From Saccostrea echinata (lineage: Eukaryota), in NCBI RefSeq assembly GCF_033153115.1, contig NW_026889783.1, forward strand, positions 434,001 to 498,000: a DNA stretch of 64,000 nucleotides. The letters run 5' to 3'. Below, piece after piece: positions 61,388-64,000 of the stretch. The first letter of the stretch is position 1. Each line of letters begins with the position of its first letter. The translations under genes were made by a program, and so were the position numbers. The notes under the pieces are model-generated. The model saw nothing but the letters and a program-made list of their open reading frames with translations, ran no database searches and had not been told where the DNA came from.

Positions 61388-62965
61388 ATTTTTAGTCCAC
61401 TACCGGTGAAACTGGAGGGGACTATAGGTTTCCTCTGAGTCTGTCCATCCATCTGTCTGTCTGTCCATCTGTCTAGCTGTCCCTCTGTCTGTCTGTCAGT
61501 CTGTCCCACTTGGTTTTCCGCATTTTTTTTCTAAAGGCTTCAGTGATTCATTTTGAAAATGGTTATCATGGGTCCAAAGGACCCCTCTTAATGACAACAA
61601 TGAGTCCCGTGCCAAAATCAATGCGTCCAAATCCAAGGGTATTGTGTATTAGATGTTACAGAGGAAATTCTGGTGAAATGAAAAGGGTAGGCCTATTGCA
61701 CGAAAGTGCAAATGTTTTATTGTAGCTGTCACTAGCTGTGAGTGATTTATACTTTTACTATCAATTGTCCAAGTAAGAGTAAATGATTTTGTGTCATAAA
61801 AATAATACATTGTCCACTGTGCACTTTGGTTCTATTTTTAGATTGTACATATGATCTCACACATTGTATCAGTCATAAAATGCACAAAAGCAGAATGAAG
61901 TTAAAAAAGGTTAAGAAATGACAAATAGTCAGAAATAAAAATGATTAAATTTTATACTTCTTAGCTTGTAAGGAAAAAACGAAAAGAAAAAAAAAAACAA
62001 TGATACAGGTTACAGCTTAAATACAAAGGTATAGTGTTCACTTCAGAAATGTTCCACGGTATCTAGACATAATCAGTGATAATCAAATTATGATATCTAA
62101 CTCTCAAATATTTTCTGATAATTGCTTTTAACTGCAGCTGTGAAATCTGACCAGTTGTTGGCAACCTTATACCTGTTAAGATCATTCATGCATATCACTT
62201 AGCACGTGGATATGATGCAATTGGTCAAGTTTTGAATCAGATTATAACAATATAATTTAAAATATTACATGTCCTTCTATAAATTTACTGTGTCCATTGG
62301 GATGCACATTTATTGAAATAATGCGTCCTGGGCAAAATTTGTGCGTAATTTACAAGTGTGCATTTCGTTCCGCTCCAATGATTTTTGACAGAATTAAGAC
62401 CTTTTAAATTTTTCAGGGTTTTCCGCAATTTTTTTTCTAAATGCTTGAATATATTGAGCTGATTTTTGGCATGTGACTTTACCTTGATGAGTTATAGATC
62501 AAGTTCACATTTTGATCTGCTTCATTGATTTTTGATGGAATTGTGGCATTTTCAATTTTTAACGGGAACCAGATTACACTTGCCGGTAGGGGACTAGTAT
62601 AGATGGTTTTCCATCAAGGTGATTTAAGCAAGAGTTGTTTCCCATGGCCGCCATATTGTAGGTCAATATCCCCATATCCCTTCATTATTCAACCAAGTTC
62701 AGTTTGTTATACTGGGCACTGAGGTGAGGACAACACTGTTTTTCTTATGAATATATGTTTGTTAATGCTACTTTTAATTCATAATTTCAATATTGTAAAT
62801 ATTTTTTACCATATATTTTTGGCATGCATTTTTAAAATTGGTTGCTCAAAGAGGAAAATTCACTACTTTGACCTACAAGATGGTGGCCAAGGGGAATAAC
62901 TCTGAGGAAAAATATGTCATAGGAAAACCATCTATTGCTAATGCAATACTCTCAGAATGCTTGTT
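61388..62965 (+). mobile_element. Helentron-like element (second subtype) with nested insertions
   Basis: TTTTAGTCCACTACCGGTGAAACTGGAGGGGACTA head, (GTCT/GTCC)n microsatellite 61440-61505, inverted sub-TIR CCGGTAGGGGACTA at 62583-62596, terminal hairpin GTATTGC...GCAATAC split by an insertion. Confidence 0.7.
62601..62933. mobile_element. MITE with AG...CT ends and an apparent 2-bp AT TSD
   Basis: AT|AGATGGTTTTCC ... GGAAAACCATCT|AT; inner inverted arms GGCCGCCATATTGTAGGTCAA / TTGACCTACAAGATGGTGGCC. Confidence 0.75.
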
Positions 62966-63093
62966 TATTTACTGAACTTTTATTTACTGAACTAGTAAAT
63001 AGATTGCAGAGGTATGCTTCTGTTTCAGTTCTTACTTTACTGGACAAACTGGTCAAACCAACAAGGATTTCTTTGTATAAATATATTGAAAGT

Positions 63094-63096
<3 letters not shown>

Positions 63097-63135
<39 letters not shown>
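63097..63135. repeat. (TA)n microsatellite
   Basis: Pure AT dinucleotide run. Confidence 0.95.
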
Positions 63136-63139
<4 letters not shown>

Positions 63140-63479
63140 ATATTATACAATTATATATATTATGAAAGTACAATTATTACATTACAAGTACAAGTGCTAC
63201 TTTTATCTTCCTTTGTTTTAAGTACAAACCAGTAGAACTACAGTCTCATCAGAGACTTCTGGTTTGCTAATAAGCATGTGATTCTTTCCATTGATAAGGT
63301 TATTTTAAACTGTAGGCTAAATTAATTCATGGCATTTTCTTTTCTTTGACATTTTGTTGACTCATTTAAGATGATAACATTTTTATATACTTCTAAGTTC
63401 TTTCCAGTTCATATTTCAATTTTTTATGATCTAGTCCTTCCGCTAGCACTTCATATTATAACAATTTTCCACTGATGTA

Positions 63480-63481
<2 letters not shown>

Positions 63482-63519
<38 letters not shown>
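63482..63519. repeat. (TA)n microsatellite
   Basis: Pure AT dinucleotide run. Confidence 0.95.
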
Positions 63520-63525
<6 letters not shown>

Positions 63526-63593
63526 ATCAGAAGTACAGGAGGTGAAAGTCTGTTGAAAAACTATGTGCAGTAAGATGCATTAAATTGCTAGTA

Positions 63594-64000
63594 TACGAGG
63601 GTTGTTAGAAAAGTTCGTGGACAAGTTCTATAGTAAGCGCGCTATTTATATGAAACCAGTAAAGCTCTGCAGATAAAAAGTATACATATTTCCAATAAAT
63701 ATGCAAAAATTTGGTGTTTTCTGAGGATCTTTAAAAATTATACAGGTATGTTATTTAAATAAAGCATGCTTCTTGGAGCTTATTACTTTTTCGCACATTT
63801 ACATCACATAGAAATTTTTGTGAAATTGAAAATTGCAATGTTGTAGTGCATGAAGATTTATGAAATTCCACATGTTGCTACAATATTCATGAAACATTTG
63901 AATTAAATTGGAGGGGATTTGACTGTTTTATTGCTAATTATAGATGTTCAATGCGTAAAAACAAAGTCAAGAATAGCAACTTCATTTAACGTCTTGGAGC
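63594..64000. mobile_element. Possible left end of a mariner-type element (partner end outside the window)
   Basis: TA|CGAGGGTTGTTAGAAAAGTTCGTGGAC resembles mariner TIR starts. Confidence 0.4.

Noticed and set aside
62935-63235. YI-repeat ORFs
   Set aside because: Translations of the (TA)n microsatellite.

Overview
AT-rich, intron-rich eukaryotic DNA, most likely from an oyster-type bivalve. That assignment is an inference from Helentron-like repeats with Cg170-like monomers and very frequent TACATGTA. Six spliced protein-coding genes can be built by hand: the 3' end of an SLC5A8/SMVT-like sodium-solute symporter (+), LRPAP1/RAP (-), FADD (+, head-to-head with LRPAP1), the Mask/ANKRD17/ANKHD1 ankyrin-KH protein (-), a theta/delta-like glutathione S-transferase (+) and STAMBP/AMSH (-, tail-to-tail with the GST). 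A possible non-coding first exon of a seventh gene lies near 58.1 kb. Introns and intergenic DNA are packed with non-autonomous DNA transposons, several with clean target-site duplications (TSDs), plus a CR1/L2-like RT fragment and a deleted Tc1 element. The most unusual items are (1) a 13-copy array of 74-bp units just past the FADD poly(A) signal, each able to fold into a pre-miRNA-sized hairpin; (2) a ~175-bp near-perfect palindrome in a Mask intron; (3) a GST with a myristoylation-type N-terminus and an alternative in-frame Cys-rich leader exon; (4) a perfect NF-kB site between LRPAP1 and FADD. I found no rRNA, tRNA or CRISPR, and nothing here amounts to a proven new system. All coordinates were read by eye.
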